Position numbers and translations under genes: made by a program. Under the pieces are notes generated by a model. The model saw only the letters and a list, made by a program, of their open reading frames with translations. It had not been told where the DNA came from and made no database searches. Of a stretch of 64,000 nucleotides of DNA, positions 45,397 to 54,559 are shown in pieces. The first letter of the stretch is position 1. Each line of letters opens with the position of its first letter. Source of the DNA: Phycisphaerae bacterium (GTDB taxonomy: Bacteria > Planctomycetota > Phycisphaerae > UBA1845 > PWPN01); the NCBI GenBank assembly GCA_018003015.1, contig JAGNEZ010000034.1:5085-69084 (forward strand), written 5' to 3'.

Positions 45397-46290
45397 TTAG
45401 ACCTCCTGCCTTGCGAGCGCCGGATCGAGTTCCTGGCTTGTTGAGGCCTGGTCGAACATGTTTTCCACTCGTTTCAGTTCCATGAGGGTCTGGGCGCCAA
45501 TCACTTCGAGGTCGGGCTCGCCCATGCCGTACCGGGCCATGACGCGTTCGTCGGCGCGGTAGCACAATTCGTCGGCTCCGAGTCCGATTCCCAGCAGCAG
45601 GCACACGCAGTCGGCCAGGTGCAGGGCGTCGACCAGGCTGTTGGGCGGATCCAGGGCCGCGGGGTTGTGATGGTGGCGGATGCCGAGGGTGATCGCCTCG
45701 GGGAGCTGCCATTTCTCGGCCACCCGGCCGCCGATCTCGTCGTGTGAGAAGCCGAGGATCTGTTTTTCGGCTTCGGCGAAGCTGAGGTGGTTTTCGTTGA
45801 CTCGTTGGGCGATCTCGGCGAACTCCTCGGCCACATACTCGTTGAGGATGACCTTGCCGATGTCGTGGAGCAATCCGGCGGTGAACAGCAGGCTCTTGTT
45901 GTTGAAGTCCAGGTGTTCGGAAAGGGACGAGCAGGCGATGGCGACGCCGACGGAGTGTTTCCAGAGGGTGCCTGGGGGCAAGCCGTAGCCCGGCTGGCTC
46001 TTGCAGAGCAGCGTGTTGGTGTGCACTGCCATGACCAGTTGGAGGACCTTGGTCGTTCCCAGGCAGCGCATGGCGTCGCTGAGGGAGTACACCTGGCGGG
46101 TGAGGCCGAAGAAGGCGGAGTTGACGATTCTGAGCATCTGGCTGGTCACGGCCTGATCGTAGCGGATGGTTTCGACGATCTGTTCCACGGTGCTCTTTGG
46201 GTCGTTGACGACGGTGATCAGCTTGAGGACCGTACCCGGCAACGGCTGGATCTCGCGTACCCGGCCGAGGATGGCGTCCACAGTGGTCAT
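45397..46290 (-). CDS. HDOD domain protein
   Basis: 297 aa. LPGTVLKLITVVNDPKSTVEQIVETIRYDQAVTSQMLRIVNSAFFGL and LLHDIGKVIL are hallmark HDOD stretches. Embedded between cheD and cheY with 2-4 nt junctions. Confidence 0.85.
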   Translation of the reverse strand: MTTVDAILGRVREIQPLPGTVLKLITVVNDPKSTVEQIVETIRYDQAVTSQMLRIVNSAFFGLTRQVYSLSDAMRCLGTTKVLQLVMAVHTNTLLCKSQPGYGLPPGTLWKHSVGVAIACSSLSEHLDFNNKSLLFTAGLLHDIGKVILNEYVAEEFAEIAQRVNENHLSFAEAEKQILGFSHDEIGGRVAEKWQLPEAITLGIRHHHNPAALDPPNSLVDALHLADCVCLLLGIGLGADELCYRADERVMARYGMGEPDLEVIGAQTLMELKRVENMFDQASTSQELDPALARQEV

Positions 46291-46763
46291 AGCTCAACCT
46301 CCCCGTCGCGTTTTCTGACGGTGACCCGGCCGTCGGCGACCGATAGTCTCAGGGTGCGGCTGTGGGCTCCGCCGACGTCCTCGGCCTCGATCAGGATGCC
46401 GTTTTTCCAGAAGATCTTGCGCAGAGCGATGTAGTTGCGTTTTCCGATATTGAACGTGCCCTTGTCATCGAGCAGCGAGGAGCCGCCGGCCACCTTGGCG
46501 ACGATCCGCTTCTTGACGGCTCCGAGCTCGTAAGCCGCCCGGAACATGGCGGGGATGCCGGTATCCGCGAACATGGCCGGGTTGGCCCTGGCCTTTTCGG
46601 GGGCGATGGTTGAGGAAGGCAGCATATAGTGTATCATGCCTCCCACGTGGACCTCCGGGTCCCAGATGGTGACCCCGATGCAGCTTCCCAGGGAGTGGGT
46701 GACCAGCACATCCTGCGGGTTGCCGGATACCACCATGTCCGCGATGTCGACGACTTCCATCAC
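46287..46763 (-). CDS. cheD: Chemoreceptor glutamine deamidase CheD
   Basis: 158 aa. THSLGSCIGVTIWD (catalytic Cys context), GGMIHYMLP, NIGKRN. ATGA overlap with the HDOD gene. Confidence 0.9.
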   Translation of the reverse strand: MMEVVDIADMVVSGNPQDVLVTHSLGSCIGVTIWDPEVHVGGMIHYMLPSSTIAPEKARANPAMFADTGIPAMFRAAYELGAVKKRIVAKVAGGSSLLDDKGTFNIGKRNYIALRKIFWKNGILIEAEDVGGAHSRTLRLSVADGRVTVRKRDGEVEL

Positions 46764-46794
46764 AACCCGCGTCTCCCCGCTCGGCCGGTGTCTC

Positions 46795-47307
46795 TCAGCC
46801 CAGGACCGAGTCCCGCCCCATGACGAGGTTTTCGGAGTTCAAGACCTTGGCGATGTCCAGGAGGATCTTGACTTCATCCTTGACCTTGCCCATACCCAGG
46901 ATGAAGCCGGTGTCGACGGTCCCGTCCAACTGCGGTGGTGGTTCGATGTTCTCCACGGGGATGTCGTTTACCTCATTGACGGTGTCCACGATAATGCCGA
47001 TCATCGTTCCCACGTCGACCACGATGATGCAGGTCTGGTCGTTGTACTCGGTTCGCGGCAGGTCGAACTTGGCCCGCAGGTCGATGACGGGGATGACCTT
47101 GCCTCGGAGGTTGATGACGCCCTCGACGAAATCCGGGGTTTGCGGGACCTTGGTGATGTCGAGCAGCCCCATGATCTCGCGCACTTTGAGGATCTCGACG
47201 CCGTACTCTTCGTTGTCCAGCTTGAAGGTCAGGTACTTGCCGCCGAGCGGTCGTTGTCCGCCGGATCCCGGCCCGTTCGCCGTCGGCCGGTCAAGCAGCG
47301 TGTTCAT
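46795..47307 (-). CDS. cheW: Chemotaxis coupling protein CheW
   Basis: 170 aa. KYLTFKLDNEEYGVEILKVREI ... VINLRGKVIPVIDLRAKF. The start overlaps the cheA stop by 17 nt. Confidence 0.93.
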   Translation of the reverse strand: MNTLLDRPTANGPGSGGQRPLGGKYLTFKLDNEEYGVEILKVREIMGLLDITKVPQTPDFVEGVINLRGKVIPVIDLRAKFDLPRTEYNDQTCIIVVDVGTMIGIIVDTVNEVNDIPVENIEPPPQLDGTVDTGFILGMGKVKDEVKILLDIAKVLNSENLVMGRDSVLG

Positions 47308-49771
47308 GCGGAATCTCCTTGGTGTTGGAATCCGGCCGGCGATCGATCAGTTGTCGCTGCTGGTATCGTTCGTGAGCCTCGACCAGGCCGGAGGCCTCCA
47401 TGATCAGGCCGACGCGTCCGTCGCCCAGGATGGCGGCGCCGGCGATGCCCTGCAGTCCCTCGAATCGCTCGCCGAGGGTTTTGATGACCACTTGCTGCTG
47501 GCCGAGCAGGTCGTTGACGACGAAGCCGACCGGCCGGCCATCGACGTTGCAGATCACGACCATGGCGTCGCAGGGGTCCACCCGCTCGCTCAGCCCGAAG
47601 AGTATTCCCAGCGGGATGAGTGGGATGAGCTGTTCGCGCACCTGGATCATTTCGCCGCGCTGCTGAACCGTGAACACCTGATCGGGTAGCGGGCGTAATG
47701 CCTGGGCGATGGCGATGGTGGGGATGATGAATCGCTCGCGGCCGACGCTGACCACCATGCCGTCGATGATGGCGAGCGTCAGAGGCAGGCGGATGTAGAA
47801 CGTCGAGCCCTTTCCCTTCTCGGAGGCGATTTCGACCTTACCGCGGAGCTGGTCGATGTTCCGCTTGACGACGTCCATGCCCACGCCGCGGCCGGAGATA
47901 TCGGTGATCTGGGCGGCGGTGGACAAGCCGGGGGCGAAGATGAGCTGGTACGCCTGCTGGTCGGTCAGTTCTTCGCCCGGCTGGACCAAGCCCTTTTCGA
48001 TGCCCTTGGCGATGAGCATCTGCGGGTCGAGGCCTTTGCCGTCGTCGCTGATCTCGACCACGATGTTGCCGCCCTGGTGATAGGCGGCCAGGTGAACGTG
48101 CCCGACCGGGTTCTTGCCGGCCGCGCGGCGAGCCTCGGGGGGCTCGATCCCGTGATCGACCGCGTTGCGGACCATGTGGATGAGCGGATCGCTGATCTGC
48201 TGGATGACGTTCTTATCGAGTTCGGTTTCCTCGCCGGCGAGGCTGAGTTGGACCTGCTTGCCGGCCTTTCGGGAGACATCGCGTACCAGGCGGGCCATCT
48301 TCTGGAAGGTGCCGCCGATCTGGACCATCCGCAGCGACATGGCCATTTCCTGGACGTTGCGCACGATCTTGCTGACCTGGCCGACGTCCTTGTTGAGCTT
48401 GGGGTCGCCGCTGATCAGCGAGTTGGCGTTGACCAGGGTCTGGGCGATGACCAGCTCGCCCACCATGTCGACCAGGAAGTCGAGTTTGGCGGTATCGATT
48501 CGGACGGAGAGGTCGGCTGCTCCGCCGGGTTGTCCGCCGGCGGAGGCGGCGGTGGCGGGGGGAACGAAGGTTGGGGCGGAAGCTGACGCCGCGGGTGCCG
48601 GTTGAGTCTGGGCGGGCCTTGTCGCGGTCTCGATTGTCGGGCTGTCCGCACCTTGGGCTCGGGTCTGGGTGCGAATGGCTCGGCCGATCTGCCTGGGGGT
48701 TGCGCTTCCCAGATCGATGAGGATCTCGCCCAGTTTCTGATCGGGGCTGGTCTTCTGCATTTCCACAGCGAGTGCCACCGCTTCCGGCGAAGTTGCGCCG
48801 GTCTCGATGAGGATGTCCCCGAGCCGCTTGGGTGACCCGAACGAATCGTCGGTGCTGGTGTCCACGCTGAGCTGGCCGGCAACGATGGCCCGGAGTTTGT
48901 CGATCATTTCGGCCACGGGGGGCTGGGGAATGGTGTCGCCGCAAGGGTCGGTCAGGTAGACGCCGATCGCGTTGACCTGCAGTTTGAGGATATCCACGAC
49001 GGCGAAGATGAGGTCGATCAAGCCAGGCGTGACCTGGCGTTCTCCCCTGCGTCCCTGGTCGAGCAGTGTTTCCACTTCGTGGGTCAGACCGTTGATGTCC
49101 CGGAGGTTGAGGAAGCCGGCCATGCCTTTGATGGTATGGAACGGCCGGAACAAATCGTCGATTTTTTCGGTGTTGTTCGGGGCGGCTTCGACATCGAGCA
49201 GCGCGCCTTCGACCGCCTCGATATGTTCGCGGGCCTCTTCGACGAAGCCCTTCACGAACTCGAGCTCGGCTTCGTTGATTTTGAGCGGCTGGGATTGGTA
49301 GGTTGCGGGAATGCTGCCGCTGAGGGCCGCCTCTGGCGCGAAGGGGGTCTTCGGCCGCTCGGCGGTGGCCGGTGCTGCGGGTTGGGTTTGCCCGGCAACG
49401 GGGGGCGCCGAGGGGGCCGATGGCGAGGGAGTGGTCGGTTCCGCCGGCAACTGGCGGGGCAGACTCTCGGAGGCGAGTTCGGCCAGCCGGTTGATGGAAC
49501 CGGACATGTCCGTGAACGCGGCGGCGACGTTGGTGATCTCTCCGAGGATAAGGGCTTCCAACTGGCTGCTGACGGTGTTGGTCTGTTGGGCTAAGGCCGG
49601 GCAGGGGACAGGACCGCGTTCCTCCGTCGCCCGGATCACTTTCTCGCACCAGCCATGCATCTGGGCCAACGAGCTGAGGTCATCGGGCTCGATCCGACCG
49701 ACGGTGTCGGAGAGTCGGGTGACGAGTTCGCTGAGATCTCGGGCGGAGAGCTTCTCGATCGCCTTGGTCAT
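47291..49771 (-). CDS. cheA: Chemotaxis histidine kinase CheA (atypical: MshEN/T2SSE_N-like insert in place of P2)
   Basis: HPt FRPFHTIKGMAGF (His212), dimerisation region, N box HMVRNAVDHGIE, G1 DDGKGLD, G2 GRGVGMDVV, and a C-terminal CheW-like P5. Between P1 and P3 lies RLGDILIETGATSPEAVALAVEMQKTSPDQKLGEILIDLGSATPRQIGRAIRTQ. Confidence 0.93.
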   Translation of the reverse strand: MTKAIEKLSARDLSELVTRLSDTVGRIEPDDLSSLAQMHGWCEKVIRATEERGPVPCPALAQQTNTVSSQLEALILGEITNVAAAFTDMSGSINRLAELASESLPRQLPAEPTTPSPSAPSAPPVAGQTQPAAPATAERPKTPFAPEAALSGSIPATYQSQPLKINEAELEFVKGFVEEAREHIEAVEGALLDVEAAPNNTEKIDDLFRPFHTIKGMAGFLNLRDINGLTHEVETLLDQGRRGERQVTPGLIDLIFAVVDILKLQVNAIGVYLTDPCGDTIPQPPVAEMIDKLRAIVAGQLSVDTSTDDSFGSPKRLGDILIETGATSPEAVALAVEMQKTSPDQKLGEILIDLGSATPRQIGRAIRTQTRAQGADSPTIETATRPAQTQPAPAASASAPTFVPPATAASAGGQPGGAADLSVRIDTAKLDFLVDMVGELVIAQTLVNANSLISGDPKLNKDVGQVSKIVRNVQEMAMSLRMVQIGGTFQKMARLVRDVSRKAGKQVQLSLAGEETELDKNVIQQISDPLIHMVRNAVDHGIEPPEARRAAGKNPVGHVHLAAYHQGGNIVVEISDDGKGLDPQMLIAKGIEKGLVQPGEELTDQQAYQLIFAPGLSTAAQITDISGRGVGMDVVKRNIDQLRGKVEIASEKGKGSTFYIRLPLTLAIIDGMVVSVGRERFIIPTIAIAQALRPLPDQVFTVQQRGEMIQVREQLIPLIPLGILFGLSERVDPCDAMVVICNVDGRPVGFVVNDLLGQQQVVIKTLGERFEGLQGIAGAAILGDGRVGLIMEASGLVEAHERYQQRQLIDRRPDSNTKEIPHEHAA

Positions 49772-50047
49772 GATTCACCCTTTTGCGTTGACGGCGTCCG
49801 CACGACGGTTCAATCCTCACGGTCGCGCCGCCTGGCTCCTTTCGCCGGCCCCGCAAGCTGCCTCTGTCCGCATCCAGGGTCGTCCCCGGTGGGTATGTCG
49901 GCTGATCGCGGGAAGGACTTCATGCCAAAGCCGCTTGCCTTCCGTCGCGAAATCGGCACAATACAGCCCTGCGGCCGTATGTTGCGGCCGGTGTGGTCAC
50001 ACTCGCCCGGGATCTCTGACCTGCGAGGATTCAAAGGAGAAACGAAC

Positions 50048-52051
50048 ATGGCCCCGCGCACCCTTCGTGCCTTTCGGTCGTTATCGGTCGTCCTGGTGGT
50101 GCTCACGGCCCAAGGCCTGGTGCAGGCCATCACCACGGGGTCCCTGTTGAATGACATGACCGATCTCCAGCGATTGGCCGAGCAGCCGTCGCCGGCCTAC
50201 ACGACCAAGCAGTTCTCGAGTTATGATCGTGCGTCGACCGATCCTAAGATCGCCACGGAGAAGAACTGGTTTGCCAACGGCGACTGTGGGCGGTACTTGC
50301 GGGTCGAGGAGCGAGCCGGGCGGAAGGAGCACGTCATGATGGACATTGACGGGCCCGGGGCGATCGTCAGGATCTGGTCGGCGAATCCCAAGGGGACATT
50401 AAGCATATACCTGGACGGCAACGATGATCCGGTACTTCAGGCGCCCATGTCCGATCTGCTCGGCGGCAAGGTGGAAGGGCTTCCCAAACCGATCGCGGGG
50501 GAGCGCTCTGCGGGCTGGAACCTGTACTTTCCCATTCCGTACGCGAAGCACTGCAAGGTGACCAGTGATCAAGGCGATTTCTACTACCACGTGAATTATC
50601 GGACCTACCCGGCGGATACGGAGGTCAAGACCTTTGTGGCGGACGACCTGAAGCAGCACGCGGCGGAGATCAAGGAGCTGGCCAGGAAGCTGGCGTCCCC
50701 GCGGTCAGCGGTGGTTCTGCCTGGGGATGCGGCGAAGACGAGCTTCAGCAAGTCCGTGGCGGCGGGGGCGGGTGTGGACCTTGTGGAGTTGCAGGGTGCC
50801 AAGGCCGTTCGTAGGCTGGAGATGACGTTGTCGGCCAAGGATCTGGCGGCGGCCGCTCGGGGCGTGGTGATGCAGATGACCTTTGACGGGGAGCAGACGG
50901 TCGAGTGCCCGGTGGGTGATTTCTTTGGCACGGCTCCGGGTCTCAACGGATTCGAAGCGTTGCCCTGCGGCATCGTGGCCGGCAGTCCGGCGACGCTTTA
51001 CTCCCACTGGGTCATGCCGTTCAAGAGCGGCGCGAAGATCGCGGTGAAGAATTTCGGCAAGGAGCCGGTGCAGATTTCGGGCACCGCCGCCAGCGTGCCC
51101 TACACCTGGACCTCCGGATCGATGCACTTTCATGCCAAGTGGCGGATCCAGCGTGATCTGCCGACGCGGCCGTTCACCGACTGGGCTCATCTGGAGTGCA
51201 CGGGCTCCGGCCGATTTGTCGGCGGATCGCTGCACGTGGTCAACCCGGTGCGTGACTGGTGGGGCGAGGGTGATGAGAAGATCTACGTTGACGGCGAGGC
51301 GATGCCGAGTCACTTCGGCACGGGGACCGAGGACTACTACGGCTACGCGTGGTGCAGTCCGGCTTTGTTCGTGCACGCGTACCACAACCAGCCCCGGTGT
51401 GACGGGCCCGGCAACTACGGCAACACCTCGGTGAATCGTTTTCACATTATTGATGACGTCCCGTTCACGAAGCAGTTCAAGTTTGACCTTGAGAACTGGC
51501 ACTGGCATGTGACCGCGAAGACGGTTCGGGCGGCGGTGAGTTACTGGTATGCCAAGCCGGGCGGGAAGGACTTTTTTGCGTCGCTGACGGCCGCGGACCT
51601 GGTTCTGACCGAGGTACCCGAGTACCAGGTGCCCCGCGTGCCGGGGGCTCTGGAGGGCGAGAAGCTGAAGGTCGTCGGCAAGACGGGCAAGCTGGAGATT
51701 CAGGATCTGGGCGAGCGTTACAGCAACGGTTGCCAGCTGTGGTGGACCCAGGCCAAGCCCGGCGAGAAGCTGGAGCTGGCGTTCGAGGTCAAGGAAGCGG
51801 GGCCCAAGCACGTGATGGTCAGGCTGACCAAGGCTCGCGATTACGGTCAGGTTCAGCTGTACGTTAATGGTCGGAAAGCCGGGGCGGTCATGGATCTCTA
51901 TAACCCGGACGTCATCGCCACGGAGGAGATCGACCTTGGGGTCTTTGATCTCAAGGCTGGCGAAAACCAGTTGGGGGTCGAGATCACTGGAGCCAACGAG
52001 AAGGCGATCCAGGCGTACATGTTCGGCCTGGACTACGTGAAACTGAAATGA
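50048..52051 (+). CDS. Secreted DUF2961 / GH172-family glycoside hydrolase-like protein with extra C-terminal beta-sandwich
   Basis: ATG 50048 is preceded by AAGGAGAA. Signal peptide SLSVVLVVLTAQGLVQA. Hallmarks DGPGAIVRIWSANPKGTLSIYLDG, YFPIPYAKHCKV, YYHVNYRTY, WWGEGDEKIYVDGEAMPSHFGTGTEDYYGYAW. Confidence 0.8.
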   Translation: MAPRTLRAFRSLSVVLVVLTAQGLVQAITTGSLLNDMTDLQRLAEQPSPAYTTKQFSSYDRASTDPKIATEKNWFANGDCGRYLRVEERAGRKEHVMMDIDGPGAIVRIWSANPKGTLSIYLDGNDDPVLQAPMSDLLGGKVEGLPKPIAGERSAGWNLYFPIPYAKHCKVTSDQGDFYYHVNYRTYPADTEVKTFVADDLKQHAAEIKELARKLASPRSAVVLPGDAAKTSFSKSVAAGAGVDLVELQGAKAVRRLEMTLSAKDLAAAARGVVMQMTFDGEQTVECPVGDFFGTAPGLNGFEALPCGIVAGSPATLYSHWVMPFKSGAKIAVKNFGKEPVQISGTAASVPYTWTSGSMHFHAKWRIQRDLPTRPFTDWAHLECTGSGRFVGGSLHVVNPVRDWWGEGDEKIYVDGEAMPSHFGTGTEDYYGYAWCSPALFVHAYHNQPRCDGPGNYGNTSVNRFHIIDDVPFTKQFKFDLENWHWHVTAKTVRAAVSYWYAKPGGKDFFASLTAADLVLTEVPEYQVPRVPGALEGEKLKVVGKTGKLEIQDLGERYSNGCQLWWTQAKPGEKLELAFEVKEAGPKHVMVRLTKARDYGQVQLYVNGRKAGAVMDLYNPDVIATEEIDLGVFDLKAGENQLGVEITGANEKAIQAYMFGLDYVKLK

Positions 52052-52146
52052 CCGCGTTGAGGCCTGCCGTGGCGAGGGCCTTGGCCGTGAGAGGGCGAGG
52101 CCGTACGCGGATTGCATTGTGGCAGGCGGCGCCGGAGAGATTGGCC

Positions 52147-53409
52147 ATGCGTTCGTTCTGGTGTCTTTGGGCTGGCGTGGTCATGGTATTGTTGGGACCG
52201 AGGCTGTCGGCGGTGGCCGGGGTGCCGGCGGTTCAAACCGGCATTGACGTGCTGGTGACGGACGGTTTCAGGCCCCTGGCCGGCAAGCGTGTGGGGCTGG
52301 TCACGAATCCGACCGGGGTCACGTTTGACTTGCGGAGCACGGCGGACGTGCTGAACAGGGCTCCGAACGTCAAGCTGGTGGCGCTGTTTGGGCCGGAGCA
52401 CGGCATTCGCGGAGATGTGTTTGCGGGGGACAGGGTCGCGGACTCGGTCGACACCGCGACCGGTGTTCCGGTGTACTCGCTGTACGGCAAGACGCACAAG
52501 CCGACTCCGGACATGCTCAAGGGAATCGACGTGCTGGTCTATGACATCCAGGACATCGGTTCCCGCTCCTACACTTACATCAGCACGATGGGCATCGTCA
52601 TGGAGGCTGCGGCGGAGAACCACGTCGAGTTCATGGTTTTGGACCGTCCCAATCCGCTGACCGGCAAGCGCGTGGAGGGCCGGCCGATCGACGAAGCCCA
52701 TCGTAAGATTGGCTCGAACGTGGGCAAGTATCCGATTCCCTACCTCTATGGTCTGACCTGTGGTGAACTGGCCCGGATGATCAACGAAGAAGGTTGGCTG
52801 GCCAAGGGGGTCAAGTGCAAGCTCACGGTGATTCCGATGACCGGCTGGCGGCGGGACATGTGGTTCGACCAGACGGGTCTGCCCTGGGTGCCGACCTCCC
52901 CGCACGTTCCGCGGGCGGACGTGGCCATGTTCTACGCCGCCACGGGCATCATGGGGGAACTGCAGACGGTCAGCGAGGGCGTCGGCTACACGCTGCCGTT
53001 CGAACTGGCGGGTGCCCCATTCATCAAGGATGCGGAGGCCCTGGCCCAGAATCTCAACAATCGGCGGTTGCCCGGGGTTCGGTTTCGCCCGATCTACTTC
53101 AAGCCTTATTACATTGATCGGATCAAGGGGCAGCCGTGCGGTGGCGTGCAGATTCACATCACCGACCGGGAATACGTCGAGCTGACGCCGATCCAGTTTC
53201 ACATCATGGACGCGATCCGGGAACTCTACCCGAATGAGAACCTGGTCGGCGACGGCAAGCGGTTGGACATGTTGTCCAAAGTCTGTGGCACGGATCGTAT
53301 TGGTGAGATGCTCGGGCAGAGAAGGCCGTCGGAGGAGATTATCCGCTTCTGGAGCAGTGATCTCGACGAGTACATGGCCAAGCGGGCCAAGTTCCTGCTC
53401 TATGATTGA
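52147..53409 (+). CDS. DUF1343 family protein (exo-beta-N-acetylmuramidase NamZ-like)
   Basis: Signal peptide MRSFWCLWAGVVMVLLGPRLSAVAG. GIDVL ... GKRVGLVTNPTGV ... LFGPEHGIRGD ... VYSLYGKTHKPTPDMLKGIDVLVYDIQDIGSRSYTYISTMG is the DUF1343 core. Start at ATG 52147 (GGAGAGA upstream); the tracked ORF starts at 52048, overlapping the upstream stop. Confidence 0.8.
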   Translation: MRSFWCLWAGVVMVLLGPRLSAVAGVPAVQTGIDVLVTDGFRPLAGKRVGLVTNPTGVTFDLRSTADVLNRAPNVKLVALFGPEHGIRGDVFAGDRVADSVDTATGVPVYSLYGKTHKPTPDMLKGIDVLVYDIQDIGSRSYTYISTMGIVMEAAAENHVEFMVLDRPNPLTGKRVEGRPIDEAHRKIGSNVGKYPIPYLYGLTCGELARMINEEGWLAKGVKCKLTVIPMTGWRRDMWFDQTGLPWVPTSPHVPRADVAMFYAATGIMGELQTVSEGVGYTLPFELAGAPFIKDAEALAQNLNNRRLPGVRFRPIYFKPYYIDRIKGQPCGGVQIHITDREYVELTPIQFHIMDAIRELYPNENLVGDGKRLDMLSKVCGTDRIGEMLGQRRPSEEIIRFWSSDLDEYMAKRAKFLLYD

Positions 53410-53476
53410 CAGGCTCGCGGTTGGGCGGATATGCTCCTGCTGACAGCTGTTTTCCCCCTATCAGCGAGGGCTACAC

Positions 53477-54544
53477 ATGACCAAGACGTCATTCTTGAGA
53501 GGCATTTCCATTGGCGTGCTGATCGTTCTGGCGGTTTTTGGCTGCCGGGAGCAGGCTCCGAGCGGTGGAGCGGGCGGCGCCGCCAGCCAGCCGGCGTTGG
53601 AAGGTGCGATCGTGCTGACCTACGCCAACTTTCCGCCGGCGAAGACCTTCCCGTGCGTGCAGATGGAGCGGTGGAAGACGGAGATCGAGAAACGCACCCA
53701 GGGCAAGGTCACGGTGAAGACATCGCCGGGTGGCACGCTGCTGGGTGCCAAGAACATGTTTGACGGGATCATCTCAGGCGTGGCCGACATCGGCAATTTC
53801 GCGATGAGCTACCAGCCGGGCCGATTCCCGGTATCCGAGGCCGTGGACCAGCCGCTGAGTTTCGCCAGCGCCAAGGCGGCCTCGCTCGCGCTGTACGACC
53901 TCATCGAGAAGTACCAGCCCAAGGAGTTCGAGAAGGTCAAGCTGGTGACCCTGTTCGCCTGCCCGCCCGCCAGCATCATGACCACCAAGCCGGTGCGGTC
54001 GCTGGCCGACCTCAAGGGCATGTCGCTTCGGGTATCCGGGACGGCCACCGACGTGATCAAGAGCCTGGGGGCCACGCCGGTGGGCATGCCGCAGTCGGAT
54101 ACGCCTGACGCTCTCCAGAAAGGCGTCATCCAGGGTGTGGTGTCGTCTCTCGAGGTGCTTCAGGACATGGGGTATGCCTCGTACTGTCCCTATGCCACCC
54201 CGGCCAACCTGCACGTGGTCACGTTTGCGGTGGTGATGAACCTGGAGAAGTGGGAGTCGCTGCCGGCGGACGTGAAGAAAGCGATTGACGAGCTGCGCCG
54301 CGATCAGGCCGTCTGGACCGGGGAATACGTGGACCAGCATGTTGCCGAAGCCCTGGCCTGGGCCAAGGAGAAGCACAATCACCAGGTCAACAAGCTGCCG
54401 GACTCGGATTTGGCCCAAATGGCCGAGGTGTTCAAGCCGTTGGTGGACGCGTACGTGGACAGGCTGGTCAAGGCCGGTCTGCCCGGCAAGGAGATCATGG
54501 CCGATCTGCTTCGCCTCAAGGCGGAGCACGAGAAGGCCCCCTGA
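53477..54544 (+). CDS. TRAP transporter substrate-binding protein (DctP family), lipoprotein
   Basis: Lipobox LAVFGC. DctP-type SBP layout (YANFPPAKTFP..., LRVSGTATDVIKSLGATPVGMPQSD). Followed by the Q and M subunits. Confidence 0.85.
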   Translation: MTKTSFLRGISIGVLIVLAVFGCREQAPSGGAGGAASQPALEGAIVLTYANFPPAKTFPCVQMERWKTEIEKRTQGKVTVKTSPGGTLLGAKNMFDGIISGVADIGNFAMSYQPGRFPVSEAVDQPLSFASAKAASLALYDLIEKYQPKEFEKVKLVTLFACPPASIMTTKPVRSLADLKGMSLRVSGTATDVIKSLGATPVGMPQSDTPDALQKGVIQGVVSSLEVLQDMGYASYCPYATPANLHVVTFAVVMNLEKWESLPADVKKAIDELRRDQAVWTGEYVDQHVAEALAWAKEKHNHQVNKLPDSDLAQMAEVFKPLVDAYVDRLVKAGLPGKEIMADLLRLKAEHEKAP

Positions 54545-54559
54545 GCCGGAGGACGTCGC

